A stretch of 64,000 nucleotides of DNA from Eledone cirrhosa. Lineage: Eukaryota. The notes below the pieces were generated by a model. It ran no database searches, had not been told where the DNA came from, and saw nothing but the letters and a program-made list of their open reading frames with translations. This document shows, piece after piece, positions 1-15,000 of this stretch. The stretch spans positions 3,844,001 through 3,908,000 of the forward strand of contig OZ024745.1 of the NCBI GenBank assembly GCA_964016885.1, read 5' to 3'. The first letter of the stretch is position 1. Each line of letters opens with the position of its first letter. The position numbers were made by a program, and so were the translations under genes.

Positions 1-3000
1 TGGTAGGTTATAGTTGCAGGATGGGGTCACAGAGAATGGTAGGTTATAGTTGCAGGATGGGGCCACAGAGAATGGTAGGTTATAGTTGCAGGATGGGGCC
101 ACAGAGAATGGTAGGTTATAGTTGCAGGATGGGGTCAGAGAGAATGGTAGGTTATAGTTGCAGGATGGGGTCACAGAGAATGGTAGGTTATAGTTGCAGG
201 ATGGGGCCGGAGAATGGTAGGTTATAGTTGCAGGATGGGGCCACAGAGAATGGTAGGTTATAGTTGCAGGATGGGGCCACAGAGAATGGTAGGTTATAGT
301 TGCAGGATGGGGTCAGAGAGAATGGTAGGTTATAGTTGCAGGATGGGGCCGGAGAATGGTAGGTTATAGTTGCAGGATGGGGCCGGAGAATGGTAGGTTA
401 TAGTTGCAGGATGGGGCCACAGAGAATGGTAGGTTATAGTTGCAGGATGGGGCCGGAGAATGGTAGGTTATAGTTGCAGGATGGGGCCACAGAGAATGGT
501 AGGTTATAGTTGCAGGATGGGGCCACAGAGAATGGTAGGTTATAGTTGCAGGATGGGGCCACAGAGAATGGTAGGTTATAGTTGCAGGATGGGGTCACAG
601 AGAATGGTAGGTTATAGTTGCAGGATGGGGCCGGAGAATGGTAGGTTATAGTTGCAGGATGGGGCCACAGAGAATGGTAGGTTATAGTTGCAGGATGGGG
701 CCGGAGAATGGTAGGTTATAGTTGCAGGATGGGGCCACAGAGAATGGTAGGTTATAGTTGCAGGATGGGGCCACAGAGAATGGTAGGTTATAGTTGCAGG
801 ATGGGGTCACAGAGAATGGTAGGTTATAGTTGCAGGATGGGGCCGGAGAATGGTAGGTTATAGTTGCAGGATGGGGCCACAGAGAATGGTAGGTTATAGT
901 TGCAGGATGGGGCCACAGAGAATGGTAGGTTATAGTTGCAGGATGGGGTCACAGAGAATGGTAGGTTATAGTTGCAGGATGGGGCCGGAGAATGGTAGGT
1001 TATAGTTGCAGGATGGGGCCACAGAGAATGGTAGGTTATAGTTGCAGGATGGGGCCACAGAGAATGGTAGGTTATAGTTGCAGGATGGGGTCAGAGAGAA
1101 TGGTAGGTTATAGTTGCAGGATGGGGCCGGAGAATGGTAGGTTATAGTTGCAGGATGGGGCCACAGAGAATGGTAGGTTATAGTTGCAGGATGGGGCCAC
1201 AGAGAATGGTAGGTTATAGTTGCAGGATGGGGTCACAGAGAATGGTAGGTTATAGTTGCAGGATGGGGCCGGAGAATGGTAGGTTATAGTTGCAGGATGG
1301 GGCCACAGAGAATGGTAGGTTATAGTTGCAGGATGGGGCCACAGAGAATGGTAGGTTATAGTTGCAGGATGGGGTCACAGAGAATGGTAGGTTATAGTTG
1401 CAGGATGGGGCCGGAGAATGGTAGGTTATAGTTGCAGGATGGGGCCACAGAGAATGGTAGGTTATAGTTGCAGGATGGGGCCACAGAGAATGGTAGGTTA
1501 TAGTTGCAGGATGGGGTCACAGAGAATGGTAGGTTATAGTTGCAGGATGGGGCCGGAGAATGGTAGGTTATAGTTGCAGGATGGGGCCACAGAGAATGGT
1601 AGGTTATAGTTGCAGGATGGGGCCACAGAGAATGGTAGGTTATAGTTGCAGGATGGGGTCACAGAGAATGGTAGGTTATAGTTGCAGGATGGGGCCGGAG
1701 AATGGTAGGTTATAGTTGCAGGATGGGGCCACAGAGAATGGTAGGTTATAGTTGCAGGATGGGGCCACAGAGAATGGTAGGTTATAGTTGCAGGATGGGG
1801 TCAGAGAGAATGGTAGGTTATAGTTGCAGGATGGGGCCGGAGAATGGTAGGTTATAGTTGCAGGATGGGGCCACAGAGAATGGTAGGTTATAGTTGCAGG
1901 ATGGGGCCACAGAGAATGGTAGGTTATAGTTGCAGGATGGGGTCACAGAGAATGGTAGGTTATAGTTGCAGGATGGGGCCGGAGAATGGTAGGTTATAGT
2001 TGCAGGATGGGGCCACAGAGAATGGTAGGTTATAGTTGCAGGATGGGGCCACAGAGAATGGTAGGTTATAGTTGCAGGATGGGGTCACAGAGAATGGTAG
2101 GTTATAGTTGCAGGATGGGGCCGGAGAATGGTAGGTTATAGTTGCAGGATGGGGCCACAGAGAATGGTAGGTTATAGTTGCAGGATGGGGCCACAGAGAA
2201 TGGTAGGTTATAGTTGCAGGATGGGGTCACAGAGAATGGTAGGTTATAGTTGCAGGATGGGGCCGGAGAATGGTAGGTTATAGTTGCAGGATGGGGCCAC
2301 AGAGAATGGTAGGTTATAGTTGCAGGATGGGGCCACAGAGAATGGTAGGTTATAGTTGCAGGATGGGGCCACAGAGAATGGTAGGTTATAGTTGCAGGAT
2401 GGGGTCACAGAGAATGGTAGGTTATAGTTGCAGGATGGGGCCACAGAGAATGGTAGGTTATAGTTGCAGGATGGGGCCACGGAGAATGGTAGGTTATAGT
2501 TGCAGGATGGGGTCACAGAGAATGGTAGGTTATAGTTGCAGGATGGGGCCACAGAGAGTGGTAGGTTATAGTTGCAGGATGGGGCCACAGAGAATGGTAG
2601 GTTATAGTTGCAGGATGGGGTCACAGAGAATGGTAGGTTATAGTTGCAGGATGGGGCCACAGAGAATGGTAGGTTATAGTTGCAGGATGGGGCCACAGAG
2701 AATGGTAGGTTATAGTTGCAGGATGGGGTCACAGAGAATGGTAGGTTATAGTTGCAGGATGGGGTCACAGAGAGTGGTAGGTTATAGTTGCAGGATGGGG
2801 TCAGAGAATGGTAGGTTATAGTTGCAGGATGGGGTCAGAGAATGGTAGGTTATAGTTGCAGGATGGGGCCACAGAGAGTGGTAGGTTATAGTTGCAGGAT
2901 GGGGCCACAGAGAGTGGTAGGTTATAGTTGCAGGATGGGGTCAGAGAATGGTAGGTTATAGTTGCAGGATGGGGTCACAGAGAGTGGTAGGTTATAGTTG

Positions 3001-6000
3001 CAGGATGGGGTCAGAGAATGGTAGGTTATAGTTGCAGGATGGGGTCAGAGAATGGTAGGTTATAGTTGCAGGATGGGGCCACAGAGAGTGGTAGGTTATA
3101 GTTGCAGGATGGGGCCACAGAGAGTGGTAGGTTATAGTTGCAGGATGGGGTCAGAGAATGGTAGGTTATAGTTGCAGGATGGGACCACAGAGAATGGTAG
3201 GTTATAGTTGCAGGATGGGGCCACAGAGAATGGTAGGTTATAGTTGCAGGATGGGGTCAGAGAATGGTAGGTTATAGTTGCAGGATGGGGCCACAGAGAA
3301 TGGTAGGTTATAGTTGCAGGATGGGGTCAGAGAATGGTAGGTTATAGTTGGAGGATGGGGCCACAGAGAATGGTAGGTTATAGTTGCAGGATGGGGTCAG
3401 AGAATGGTAGATTATAGTTGGAGGATGGGGTCAGAGAATGGTAGGTTATAGTTGCAGGATGGGGTCAGAGAATGGTAGGTTATAGTTGCAGGATGGGGCC
3501 ACAGAGAATGGTAGGTTATAGTTGCAGGATGGGGTCAGAGAATGGTAGGTTATAGTTGCAGGATGGGGTCACAGAGAATGGTAGGTTATAGTTGCAGGAT
3601 GGGGTCAGAGAATGGTAGGTTATAGTTGCAGGATGGGGCCACAGAGAATGGTAGGTTATAGTTGCAGGATGGGGTCAGAGAATGGTAGGTTATAGTTGCA
3701 GGATGGAATCACAGAGAATGGTAGGTTATAGTTGCAGGATGGGGCCAGAGAGAATGGTAGGTTATAGTTGCAGGATGGAATCACAGAGAATGGTAGGTTA
3801 TAGTTGCAGGATGGGGCCACAGAGAATGGTAGGTTATAGTTGCAGGATGGAATCACAGAGAATGGTAGGTTATAGTTGCAGGATGGGATCACAGAGAATG
3901 GTAGGTTATAGTTGCAGGATGGAATCACAGAGAATGGTAGGTTATAGTTGCAGGATGGAATCACAGAGAATGGTAGGTTATAGTTGCAGGATGGAATCAC
4001 AGAGAATGGTAGGTTATAGTTGCAGGATGGGGTCACAGAGAATGGTAGGTTATAGTTGCAGGATGGGGTCACAGAGAATGGTAGGTTATAGTTGCAGGAT
4101 GGGGTCACAGAGAATGGTAGGTTATAGTTGCAGGATGGGGTCACAGAGAATGGTAGGTTATAGTTGCAGGATGGGGTCACAGAGAATGGTAGGTTATAGT
4201 TGCAGGATGGGGTCACAGAGAATGGTAGGTTATAGTTGCAGGATGGAATCACAGAGAATGGTAGGTTATAGTTGCAGGATGGAATCACAGAGAATGGTAG
4301 GTTATAGTTGCAGGATGGGATCACAGAGAATGGTAGGTTATAGTTGCAGGATGGAATCACAGAGAATGGTAGGTTATAGTTGCAGGATGGGGTCACAGAG
4401 AATGGTAGGTTATAGTTGCAGGATGGGGTCACAGAGAATGGTAGGTTATAGTTGCAGGATGGGGTCACAGAGAATGGTAGGTTATAGTTGCAGGATGGGG
4501 TCACAGAGAATGGTAGGTTATAGTTGCAGGATGGGGTCACAGAGAATGGTAGGTTATAGTTGCAGGATGGGGTCACAGAGAATGGTAGGTTATAGTTGCA
4601 GGATGGGGTCACAGAGAATGGTAGGTTATAGTTGCAGGATGGGGTCACAGAGAATGGTAGGTTATAGTTGCAGGATGGGGTCACAGAGAATGGTAGGTTA
4701 TAGTTGCAGGATGGGGTCACAGAGAATGGTAGGTTATAGTTGCAGGATGGGGTCAGAGAATGGTAGGTTATAGTTGCAGGATGGGGCCACAGAGAATGGT
4801 AGGTTATAGTTGCAGGATGGGGTCACAGAGAATGGTAGGTTATAGTTGCAGGATGGGGTCACAGAGAATGGTAGGTTATAGTTGCAGGATGGGGCCACAG
4901 AGTATGGTAGGTTATAGTTGCAGGATGGGGTCACAGAGAATGGTAGGTTATAGTTGCAGGATGGGGCCACAGAGAATGGTAGGTTATAGTTGCAGGATGG
5001 GGTCGGGAGAGAATGGTAGGTTATAGTTGCAGGATGGGGCCACAGAGTATGGTAGGTTATAGTTGCAGGATGGGGCCACAGAGAATGGTAGGTTATAGTT
5101 GCAGGATGGGGCCACAGAGAATGGTAGGTTATAGTTGCAGGATGGGGCCACAGAGAATGGTAGGTTATAGTTGCAGGATGGGGCCACAGAGAATGGTAGG
5201 TTATAGTTGCAGGATGGGGCCACAGAGAATGGTAGGTTATAGTTGCAGGATGGGGCCACAGAGTATGGTAGGTTATAGTTGCAGGATGGGGTCAGAGAAT
5301 GGTAGGTTATAGTTGCAGGATGGGGCCACAGAGAATGGTAGGTTATAGTTGCAGGATGGGGTCACAGAGAATGGTAGGTTATAGTTGCAGGATGGGGCCA
5401 CAGAGTATGGTAGGTTATAGTTGCAGGATGGGGCCACAGAGAATGGTAGGTTATAGTTGCAGGATGGGGCCACAGAGAATGGTAGGTTATAGTTGCAGGA
5501 TGGGGCCACAGAGTATGGTAGGTTATAGTTGCAGGATGGGGTCAGAGAATGGTAGGTTATAGTTGCAGGATGGGGTCACAGAGAATGGTAGGTTATAGTT
5601 GCAGGATGGGGCCACAGAGAATGGTAGGTTATAGTTGCAGGATGGGGCCGGAGAATGGTAGGTTATAGTTGCAGGATGGGGTCAGAGAATGGTAGGTTAT
5701 AGTTGCAGGATGGGACCGGAGAATGGTAGGTTATAGTTGCAGGATGGGGTCACAGAGAATGGTAGGTTATAGTTGCAGGATGGGGTCACAGAGAATGGTA
5801 GGTTATAGTTGCAGGATGGGGCCACAGAGAATGGTAGGTTATAGTTGCAGGATGGGGCCACAGAGAATGGTAGGTTATAGTTGCAGGATGGGGTCAGAGA
5901 GAATGGTAGGTTATAGTTGCAGGATGGGGCCGGAGAATGGTAGGTTATAGTTGCAGGATGAGGTCAGAGAATGGTAGGTTATAGTTGCAGGATGGGGCCG

Positions 6001-9000
6001 GAGAATGGTAGGTTATAGTTGCAGGATGGGGCCACAGAGAATGGTAGGTTATAGTTGCAGGATGGGGCCACAGAGAATGGTAGGTTATAGTTGCAGGATG
6101 GGGCCACAGAGAATGGTAGGTTATAGTTGCAGGATGGGGTCACAGAGAATGGTAGGTTATAGTTGCAGGATGGGGCCACAGAGAATGGTAGGTTATAGTT
6201 GCAGGATGGGGCCACAGAGAATGGTAGGTTATAGTTGCAGGATGGGGTCACAGAGAATGGTAGGTTATAGTTGCAGGATGGGGCCACAGAGAGTGGTAGG
6301 TTATAGTTGCAGGATGGGGCCACAGAGAATGGTAGGTTATAGTTGCAGGATGGGGTCACAGAGAATGGTAGGTTATAGTTGCAGGATGGGGCCACAGAGA
6401 ATGGTAGGTTATAGTTGCAGGATGGGGCCACAGAGAATGGTAGGTTATAGTTGCAGGATGGGGTCACAGAGAATGGTAGGTTATAGTTGCAGGATGGGGT
6501 CACAGAGAGTGGTAGGTTATAGTTGCAGGATGGGGTCAGAGAATGGTAGGTTATAGTTGCAGGATGGGGTCAGAGAATGGTAGGTTATAGTTGCAGGATG
6601 GGGCCACAGAGAGTGGTAGGTTATAGTTGCAGGATGGGGTCAGAGAATGGTAGGTTATAGTTGCAGGATGGGGTCAGAGAATGGTAGGTTATAGTTGCAG
6701 GATGGGGCCACAGAGAGTGGTAGGTTATAGTTGCAGGATGGGGTCACAGAGAATGGTAGGTTATAGTTGCAGGATGGGGCCGGAGAATGGTAGGTTATAG
6801 TTGCAGGATGGGGCCACAGAGAATGGTAGCTTATAGTTGCAGGATGGGGCCGGAGAATGGTAGGTTATAGTTGCAGGATGGGGCCACAGAGAATGGTAGG
6901 TTATAGTTGCAGGATGGGGTCACAGAGAATGGTAGGTTATAGTTGCAGGATGGGGCCACAGAGAGTGGTAGGTTATAGTTGCAGGATGGGGCCGGAGAAT
7001 GGTAGGTTATAGTTGCAGGATGGGGCCACAGAGAATGGTAGGTTATAGTTGCAGGATGGGGCCACAGAGAATGGTAGGTTATAGTTGCAGGATGGGGCCA
7101 CAGAGAATGGTAGGTTATAGTTGCAGGATGGGGCCACAGAGAGTGGTAGGTTATAGTTGCAGGATGGGGCCGGAGAATGGTAGGTTATAGTTGCAGGATG
7201 GGGCCGGAGAATGGTAGGTTATAGTTACAGGATGGGGCCACAGAGAATGGTAGGTTATAGTTGCAGGATGGGGCCACAGAGAATGGTAGGTTATAGTTGC
7301 AGGATGGGACCTGAGAATGGTAGGTTATAGTTGCAGGATGGGGCCGGAGAATGGTAGGTTATAGTTGCAGGATGGGGTCAGAGAATGGTAGGTTATAGTT
7401 GCAGGATGGGGCCGGAGAATGGTAGGTTATAGTTGCAGGATGGGGTCACAGAGAATGGTAGGTTATAGTTGCAGGATGGGGTCACAGAGAATGGTAGGTT
7501 ATAGTTGCAGGATGGGGTCACAGAGAATGGTAGGTTATAGTTGCAGGATGGGGTCACAGAGAATGGTAGGTTATAGTTGCAGGATGGGGTCAGAGAATGG
7601 TAGGTTATAGTTGCAGGATGGGACCGGAGAATGGTAGGTTATAGTTGCAGGATGGGGTCACAGAGAATGGTAGGTTATAGTTGCAGGATGGGGTCACAGA
7701 GAATGGTAGGTTATAGTTGCAGGATGGGGTCACAGAGAATGGTAGGTTATAGTTGCAGGATGGGGCCGGAGAATGGTAGGTTATAGTTGCAGGATGGGGC
7801 CGGAGAATGGTAGGTTATAGTTGCAGGATGGGGCCGGAGAATTGTAGGTTATAGTTGCAGGATGGGACCACAGAGAATGGTAGGTTATAGTTGCAGGATG
7901 GGGTCACAGAGAATGGTAGGTTATAGTTGCAGGATGGGGTCACAGAGAATGGTAGGTTATAGTTGCAGGATGGGGTCACAGAGAATGGTAGGTTATAGTT
8001 GCAGGATGGGGCCGGAGAATGGTAGGTTATAGTTGCAGGATGGGGCCGGAGAATTGTAGGTTATAGTTGCAGGATGGGACCACAGAGAATGGTAGGTTAT
8101 AGTTGCAGGATGGGGTCACAGAGAATGGTAGGTTATAGTTGCAGGATGGGGCCGGTGAATGGTAGGTTATAGTTGCAGGATGGGGCCGGAGAATGGTAGG
8201 TTATAGTTGCAGGATGGGACCACAGAGAATGGTAGGTTATAGTTACAGGATGGGGTCACAGAGAATGGTAGGTTATAGTTACAGGATGGGGCCACAGAGA
8301 ATGGTAGGTTATAGTTGCAGGATGGGGCCACAGAGAATGGTAGGTTATAGTTGCAGGATGGGGCCGGAGAATGGTAGGTTATAGTTGCAGGATGGGGCCG
8401 GAGAATGGTAGGTTATAGTTGCAGGATGGGGCCGGAGAATGGTAGGTTATAGTTGCAGGATGGGGTCACAGAGAATGGTAGGTTATAGTTGCAGGATGGG
8501 GTCACAGAGAATGGTAGGTTATAGTTGCAGGATGGGGTCACAGAGAATGGTAGGTTATAGTTGCAGGATGGGGTCACAGAGAATGGTAGGTTATAGTTGC
8601 AGGATGGGGTCACAGAGAATGGTAGGTTATAGTTGCAGGATGGGGTCACAGAGAATGGTAGGTTATAGTTGCAGGATGGGGTCAGAGAATGGTAGGTTAT
8701 AGTTGCAGGATGGGACCGGAGAATGGTAGGTTATAGTTGCAGGATGGGGTCACAGAGAATGGTAGGTTATAGTTGCAGGATGGGGTCACAGAGAATGGTA
8801 GGTTATAGTTGCAGGATGGGGTCACAGAGAATGGTAGGTTATAGTTGCAGGATGGGGTCACAGAGAATGGTAGGTTATAGTTGCAGGATGGGGTCACAGA
8901 GAATGGTAGGTTATAGTTGCAGGATGGGGCCGGAGAATGGTAGGTTATAGTTGCAGGATGGGGTCACAGAGAATGGTAGGTTATAGTTACAGGATGGGGT

Positions 9001-12000
9001 CACAGAGAATGGTAGGTTATAGTTACAGGATGGGACCACAGAGAATGGTAGGTTATAGTTGCAGGATGGGGCCACAGAGAATGGTAGGTTATAGTTGCAG
9101 GATGGGGCCACAGAGAATGGTAGGTTATAGTTGCAGGATGGGGCCGGAGAATGGTAGGTTATAGTTGCAGGATGGGGCCACAGAGAATGGTAGGTTATAG
9201 TTGCAGGATGGGGCCACAGAGAATGGTAGGTTATAGTTGCAGGATGGGGTCACAGAGAATGGTAGGTTATAGTTGCAGGATGGGGCCGGAGAATGGTAGG
9301 TTATAGTTGCAGGATGGGGCCACAGAGAATGGTAGGTTATAGTTGCAGGATGGGGCCACAGAGAATAGTAGGTTATAGTTGCAGGATGGGGTCACAGAGA
9401 ATGGTAGGTTATAGTTGCAGGATGGGGCCACAGAGAGTGGTAGGTTATAGTTGCAGGATGGGGCCGGAGAATGGTAGGTTATAGTTGCAGGATGGGGCCG
9501 GAGAATGGTAGGTTATAGTTGCAGGATGGGGCCGGAGAATGGTAGGTTATAGTTGCAGGATGGGACCTGAGAATGGTAGGTTATAGTTGCAGGATGGGGC
9601 CGGAGAATGGTAGGTTATAGTTGCAGGATGGGGCCGGAGAATGGTAGGTTATAGTTGCAGGATGAGGTCAGAGAATGGTAGGTTATAGTTGCAGGATGGG
9701 GCCGGAGAATGGTAGGTTATAGTTGCAGGATGAGGTCAGAGAATGGTAGGTTATAGTTGCAGGATGAGGTCAGAGAATGGTAGGTTATAGTTGCAGGATG
9801 GGGCCGGAGAATGGTAGGTTATAGTTGCAGGATGGGGCCACAGAGAATGGTAGGTTATAGTTGCAGGATGGGGCCACAGAGAATGGTAGGTTATAGTTGC
9901 AGGATGGGGCCACAGAGAATGGTAGGTTATAGTTGCAGGATGGGGCCACAGAGAATGGTAGGTTATAGTTGCAGGATGGGGTCACAGAGAATGGTAGGTT
10001 ATAGTTGCAGGATGGGGCCACAGAGAATGGTAGGTTATAGTTGCAGGATGGGGCCACGGAGAATGGTAGGTTATAGTTGCAGGATGGGGTCACAGAGAAT
10101 GGTAGGTTATAGTTGCAGGATGGGGCCACAGAGAGTGGTAGGTTATAGTTGCAGGATGGGGCCACAGAGAATGGTAGGTTATAGTTGCAGGATGGGGTCA
10201 CAGAGAATGGTAGGTTATAGTTGCAGGATGGGGCCACAGAGAATGGTAGGTTATAGTTGCAGGATGGGGCCACAGAGAATGGTAGGTTATAGTTGCAGGA
10301 TGGGGTCACAGAGAATGGTAGGTTATAGTTGCAGGATGGGGTCACAGAGAGTGGTAGGTTATAGTTGCAGGATGGGGTCAGAGAATGGTAGGTTATAGTT
10401 GCAGGATGGGGTCAGAGAATGGTAGGTTATAGTTGCAGGATGGGGCCACAGAGAGTGGTAGGTTATAGTTGCAGGATGGGGTCAGAGAATGGTAGGTTAT
10501 AGTTGCAGGATGGGGTCAGAGAATGGTAGGTTATAGTTGCAGGATGGGGCCACAGAGAGTGGTAGGTTATAGTTGCAGGATGGGGCCACAGAGAGTGGTA
10601 GGTTATAGTTGCAGGATGGGGTCAGAGAATGGTAGGTTATAGTTGCAGGATGGGGTCACAGAGAGTGGTAGGTTATAGTTGCAGGATGGGGTCAGAGAAT
10701 GGTAGGTTATAGTTGCAGGATGGGGTCAGAGAATGGTAGGTTATAGTTGCAGGATGGGGCCACAGAGAGTGGTAGGTTATAGTTGCAGGATGGGGCCACA
10801 GAGAGTGGTAGGTTATAGTTGCAGGATGGGGTCAGAGAATGGTAGGTTATAGTTGCAGGATGGGACCACAGAGAATGGTAGGTTATAGTTGCAGGATGGG
10901 GCCACAGAGAATGGTAGGTTATAGTTGCAGGATGGGGTCAGAGAATGGTAGGTTATAGTTGCAGGATGGGGCCACAGAGAATGGTAGGTTATAGTTGCAG
11001 GATGGGGTCAGAGAATGGTAGGTTATAGTTGGAGGATGGGGCCACAGAGAATGGTAGGTTATAGTTGCAGGATGGGGTCAGAGAATGGTAGATTATAGTT
11101 GGAGGATGGGGTCAGAGAATGGTAGGTTATAGTTGCAGGATGGGGTCAGAGAATGGTAGGTTATAGTTGCAGGATGGGGCCACAGAGAATGGTAGGTTAT
11201 AGTTGCAGGATGGGGTCAGAGAATGGTAGGTTATAGTTGCAGGATGGGGTCACAGAGAATGGTAGGTTATAGTTGCAGGATGGGGTCAGAGAATGGTAGG
11301 TTATAGTTGCAGGATGGGGCCACAGAGAATGGTAGGTTATAGTTGCAGGATGGGGTCAGAGAATGGTAGGTTATAGTTGCAGGATGGAATCACAGAGAAT
11401 GGTAGGTTATAGTTGCAGGATGGGGCCAGAGAGAATGGTAGGTTATAGTTGCAGGATGGAATCACAGAGAATGGTAGGTTATAGTTGCAGGATGGGGCCA
11501 CAGAGAATGGTAGGTTATAGTTGCAGGATGGAATCACAGAGAATGGTAGGTTATAGTTGCAGGATGGGATCACAGAGAATGGTAGGTTATAGTTGCAGGA
11601 TGGAATCACAGAGAATGGTAGGTTATAGTTGCAGGATGGAATCACAGAGAATGGTAGGTTATAGTTGCAGGATGGAATCACAGAGAATGGTAGGTTATAG
11701 TTGCAGGATGGGGTCACAGAGAATGGTAGGTTATAGTTGCAGGATGGGGTCACAGAGAATGGTAGGTTATAGTTGCAGGATGGGGTCACAGAGAATGGTA
11801 GGTTATAGTTGCAGGATGGGGTCACAGAGAATGGTAGGTTATAGTTGCAGGATGGGGTCACAGAGAATGGTAGGTTATAGTTGCAGGATGGGGTCACAGA
11901 GAATGGTAGGTTATAGTTGCAGGATGGAATCACAGAGAATGGTAGGTTATAGTTGCAGGATGGAATCACAGAGAATGGTAGGTTATAGTTGCAGGATGGG

Positions 12001-15000
12001 ATCACAGAGAATGGTAGGTTATAGTTGCAGGATGGAATCACAGAGAATGGTAGGTTATAGTTGCAGGATGGGGTCACAGAGAATGGTAGGTTATAGTTGC
12101 AGGATGGGGTCACAGAGAATGGTAGGTTATAGTTGCAGGATGGGGTCACAGAGAATGGTAGGTTATAGTTGCAGGATGGGGTCACAGAGAATGGTAGGTT
12201 ATAGTTGCAGGATGGGGTCACAGAGAATGGTAGGTTATAGTTGCAGGATGGGGTCACAGAGAATGGTAGGTTATAGTTGCAGGATGGGGTCACAGAGAAT
12301 GGTAGGTTATAGTTGCAGGATGGGGTCACAGAGAATGGTAGGTTATAGTTGCAGGATGGGGTCACAGAGAATGGTAGGTTATAGTTGCAGGATGGGGTCA
12401 CAGAGAATGGTAGGTTATAGTTGCAGGATGGGGTCAGAGAATGGTAGGTTATAGTTGCAGGATGGGGCCACAGAGAATGGTAGGTTATAGTTGCAGGATG
12501 GGGTCACAGAGAATGGTAGGTTATAGTTGCAGGATGGGGTCACAGAGAATGGTAGGTTATAGTTGCAGGATGGGGCCACAGAGTATGGTAGGTTATAGTT
12601 GCAGGATGGGGTCACAGAGAATGGTAGGTTATAGTTGCAGGATGGGGCCACAGAGAATGGTAGGTTATAGTTGCAGGATGGGGTCACAGAGAATGGTAGG
12701 TTATAGTTGCAGGATGGGGTCACAGAGAATGGTAGGTTATAGTTGCAGGATGGAATCACAGAGAATGGTAGGTTATAGTTGCAGGATGGAATCACAGAGA
12801 ATGGTAGGTTATAGTTGCAGGATGGGGTCACAGAGAATGGTAGGTTATAGTTGCAGGATGGGGTCACAGAGAATGGTAGGTTATAGTTGCAGGATGGGGT
12901 CGGGAGAGAATGGTAGGTTATAGTTGCAGGATGGGGCCACAGAGTATGGTAGGTTATAGTTGCAGGATGGGGCCACAGAGAATGGTAGGTTATAGTTGCA
13001 GGATGGGGCCACAGAGAATGGTAGGTTATAGTTGCAGGATGGGGCCACAGAGAATGGTAGGTTATAGTTGCAGGATGGGGCCACAGAGAATGGTAGGTTA
13101 TAGTTGCAGGATGGGGCCACAGAGAATGGTAGGTTATAGTTGCAGGATGGGGCCACAGAGTATGGTAGGTTATAGTTGCAGGATGGGGTCAGAGAATGGT
13201 AGGTTATAGTTGCAGGATGGGGCCACAGAGAATGGTAGGTTATAGTTGCAGGATGGGGTCACAGAGAATGGTAGGTTATAGTTGCAGGATGGGGCCACAG
13301 AGTATGGTAGGTTATAGTTGCAGGATGGGGCCACAGAGAATGGTAGGTTATAGTTGCAGGATGGGGCCACAGAGAATGGTAGGTTATAGTTGCAGGATGG
13401 GGCCACAGAGTATGGTAGGTTATAGTTGCAGGATGGGGTCAGAGAATGGTAGGTTATAGTTGCAGGATGGGGTCACAGAGAATGGTAGGTTATAGTTGCA
13501 GGATGGGGCCACAGAGAATGGTAGGTTATAGTTGCAGGATGGGGCCGGAGAATGGTAGGTTATAGTTGCAGGATGGGGTCAGAGAATGGTAGGTTATAGT
13601 TGCAGGATGGGACCGGAGAATGGTAGGTTATAGTTGCAGGATGGGGTCACAGAGAATGGTAGGTTATAGTTGCAGGATGGGGTCACAGAGAATGGTAGGT
13701 TATAGTTGCAGGATGGGGCCACAGAGAATGGTAGGTTATAGTTGCAGGATGGGGCCACAGAGAATGGTAGGTTATAGTTGCAGGATGGGGTCAGAGAGAA
13801 TGGTAGGTTATAGTTGCAGGATGGGGCCGGAGAATGGTAGGTTATAGTTGCAGGATGAGGTCAGAGAATGGTAGGTTATAGTTGCAGGATGGGGCCGGAG
13901 AATGGTAGGTTATAGTTGCAGGATGGGGCCACAGAGAATGGTAGGTTATAGTTGCAGGATGGGGCCACAGAGAATGGTAGGTTATAGTTGCAGGATGGGG
14001 CCACAGAGAATGGTAGGTTATAGTTGCAGGATGGGGTCACAGAGAATGGTAGGTTATAGTTGCAGGATGGGGCCACAGAGAATGGTAGGTTATAGTTGCA
14101 GGATGGGGCCACAGAGAATGGTAGGTTATAGTTGCAGGATGGGGTCACAGAGAATGGTAGGTTATAGTTGCAGGATGGGGCCACAGAGAGTGGTAGGTTA
14201 TAGTTGCAGGATGGGGCCACAGAGAATGGTAGGTTATAGTTGCAGGATGGGGTCACAGAGAATGGTAGGTTATAGTTGCAGGATGGGGCCACAGAGAATG
14301 GTAGGTTATAGTTGCAGGATGGGGCCACAGAGAATGGTAGGTTATAGTTGCAGGATGGGGTCACAGAGAATGGTAGGTTATAGTTGCAGGATGGGGTCAC
14401 AGAGAGTGGTAGGTTATAGTTGCAGGATGGGGTCAGAGAATGGTAGGTTATAGTTGCAGGATGGGGTCAGAGAATGGTAGGTTATAGTTGCAGGATGGGG
14501 CCACAGAGAGTGGTAGGTTATAGTTGCAGGATGGGGTCAGAGAATGGTAGGTTATAGTTGCAGGATGGGGTCAGAGAATGGTAGGTTATAGTTGCAGGAT
14601 GGGGCCACAGAGAGTGGTAGGTTATAGTTGCAGGATGGGGCCACAGAGAGTGGTAGGTTATAGTTGCAGGATGGGGTCAGAGAATGGTAGGTTATAGTTG
14701 CAGGATGGGGTCACAGAGAGTGGTAGGTTATAGTTGCAGGATGGGGTCAGAGAATGGTAGGTTATAGTTGCAGGATGGGGTCAGAGAATGGTAGGTTATA
14801 GTTGCAGGATGGGGCCACAGAGAGTGGTAGGTTATAGTTGCAGGATGGGGCCACAGAGAGTGGTAGGTTATAGTTGCAGGATGGGGTCAGAGAATGGTAG
14901 GTTATAGTTGCAGGATGGGACCACAGAGAATGGTAGGTTATAGTTGCAGGATGGGGCCACAGAGAATGGTAGGTTATAGTTGCAGGATGGGGTCAGAGAA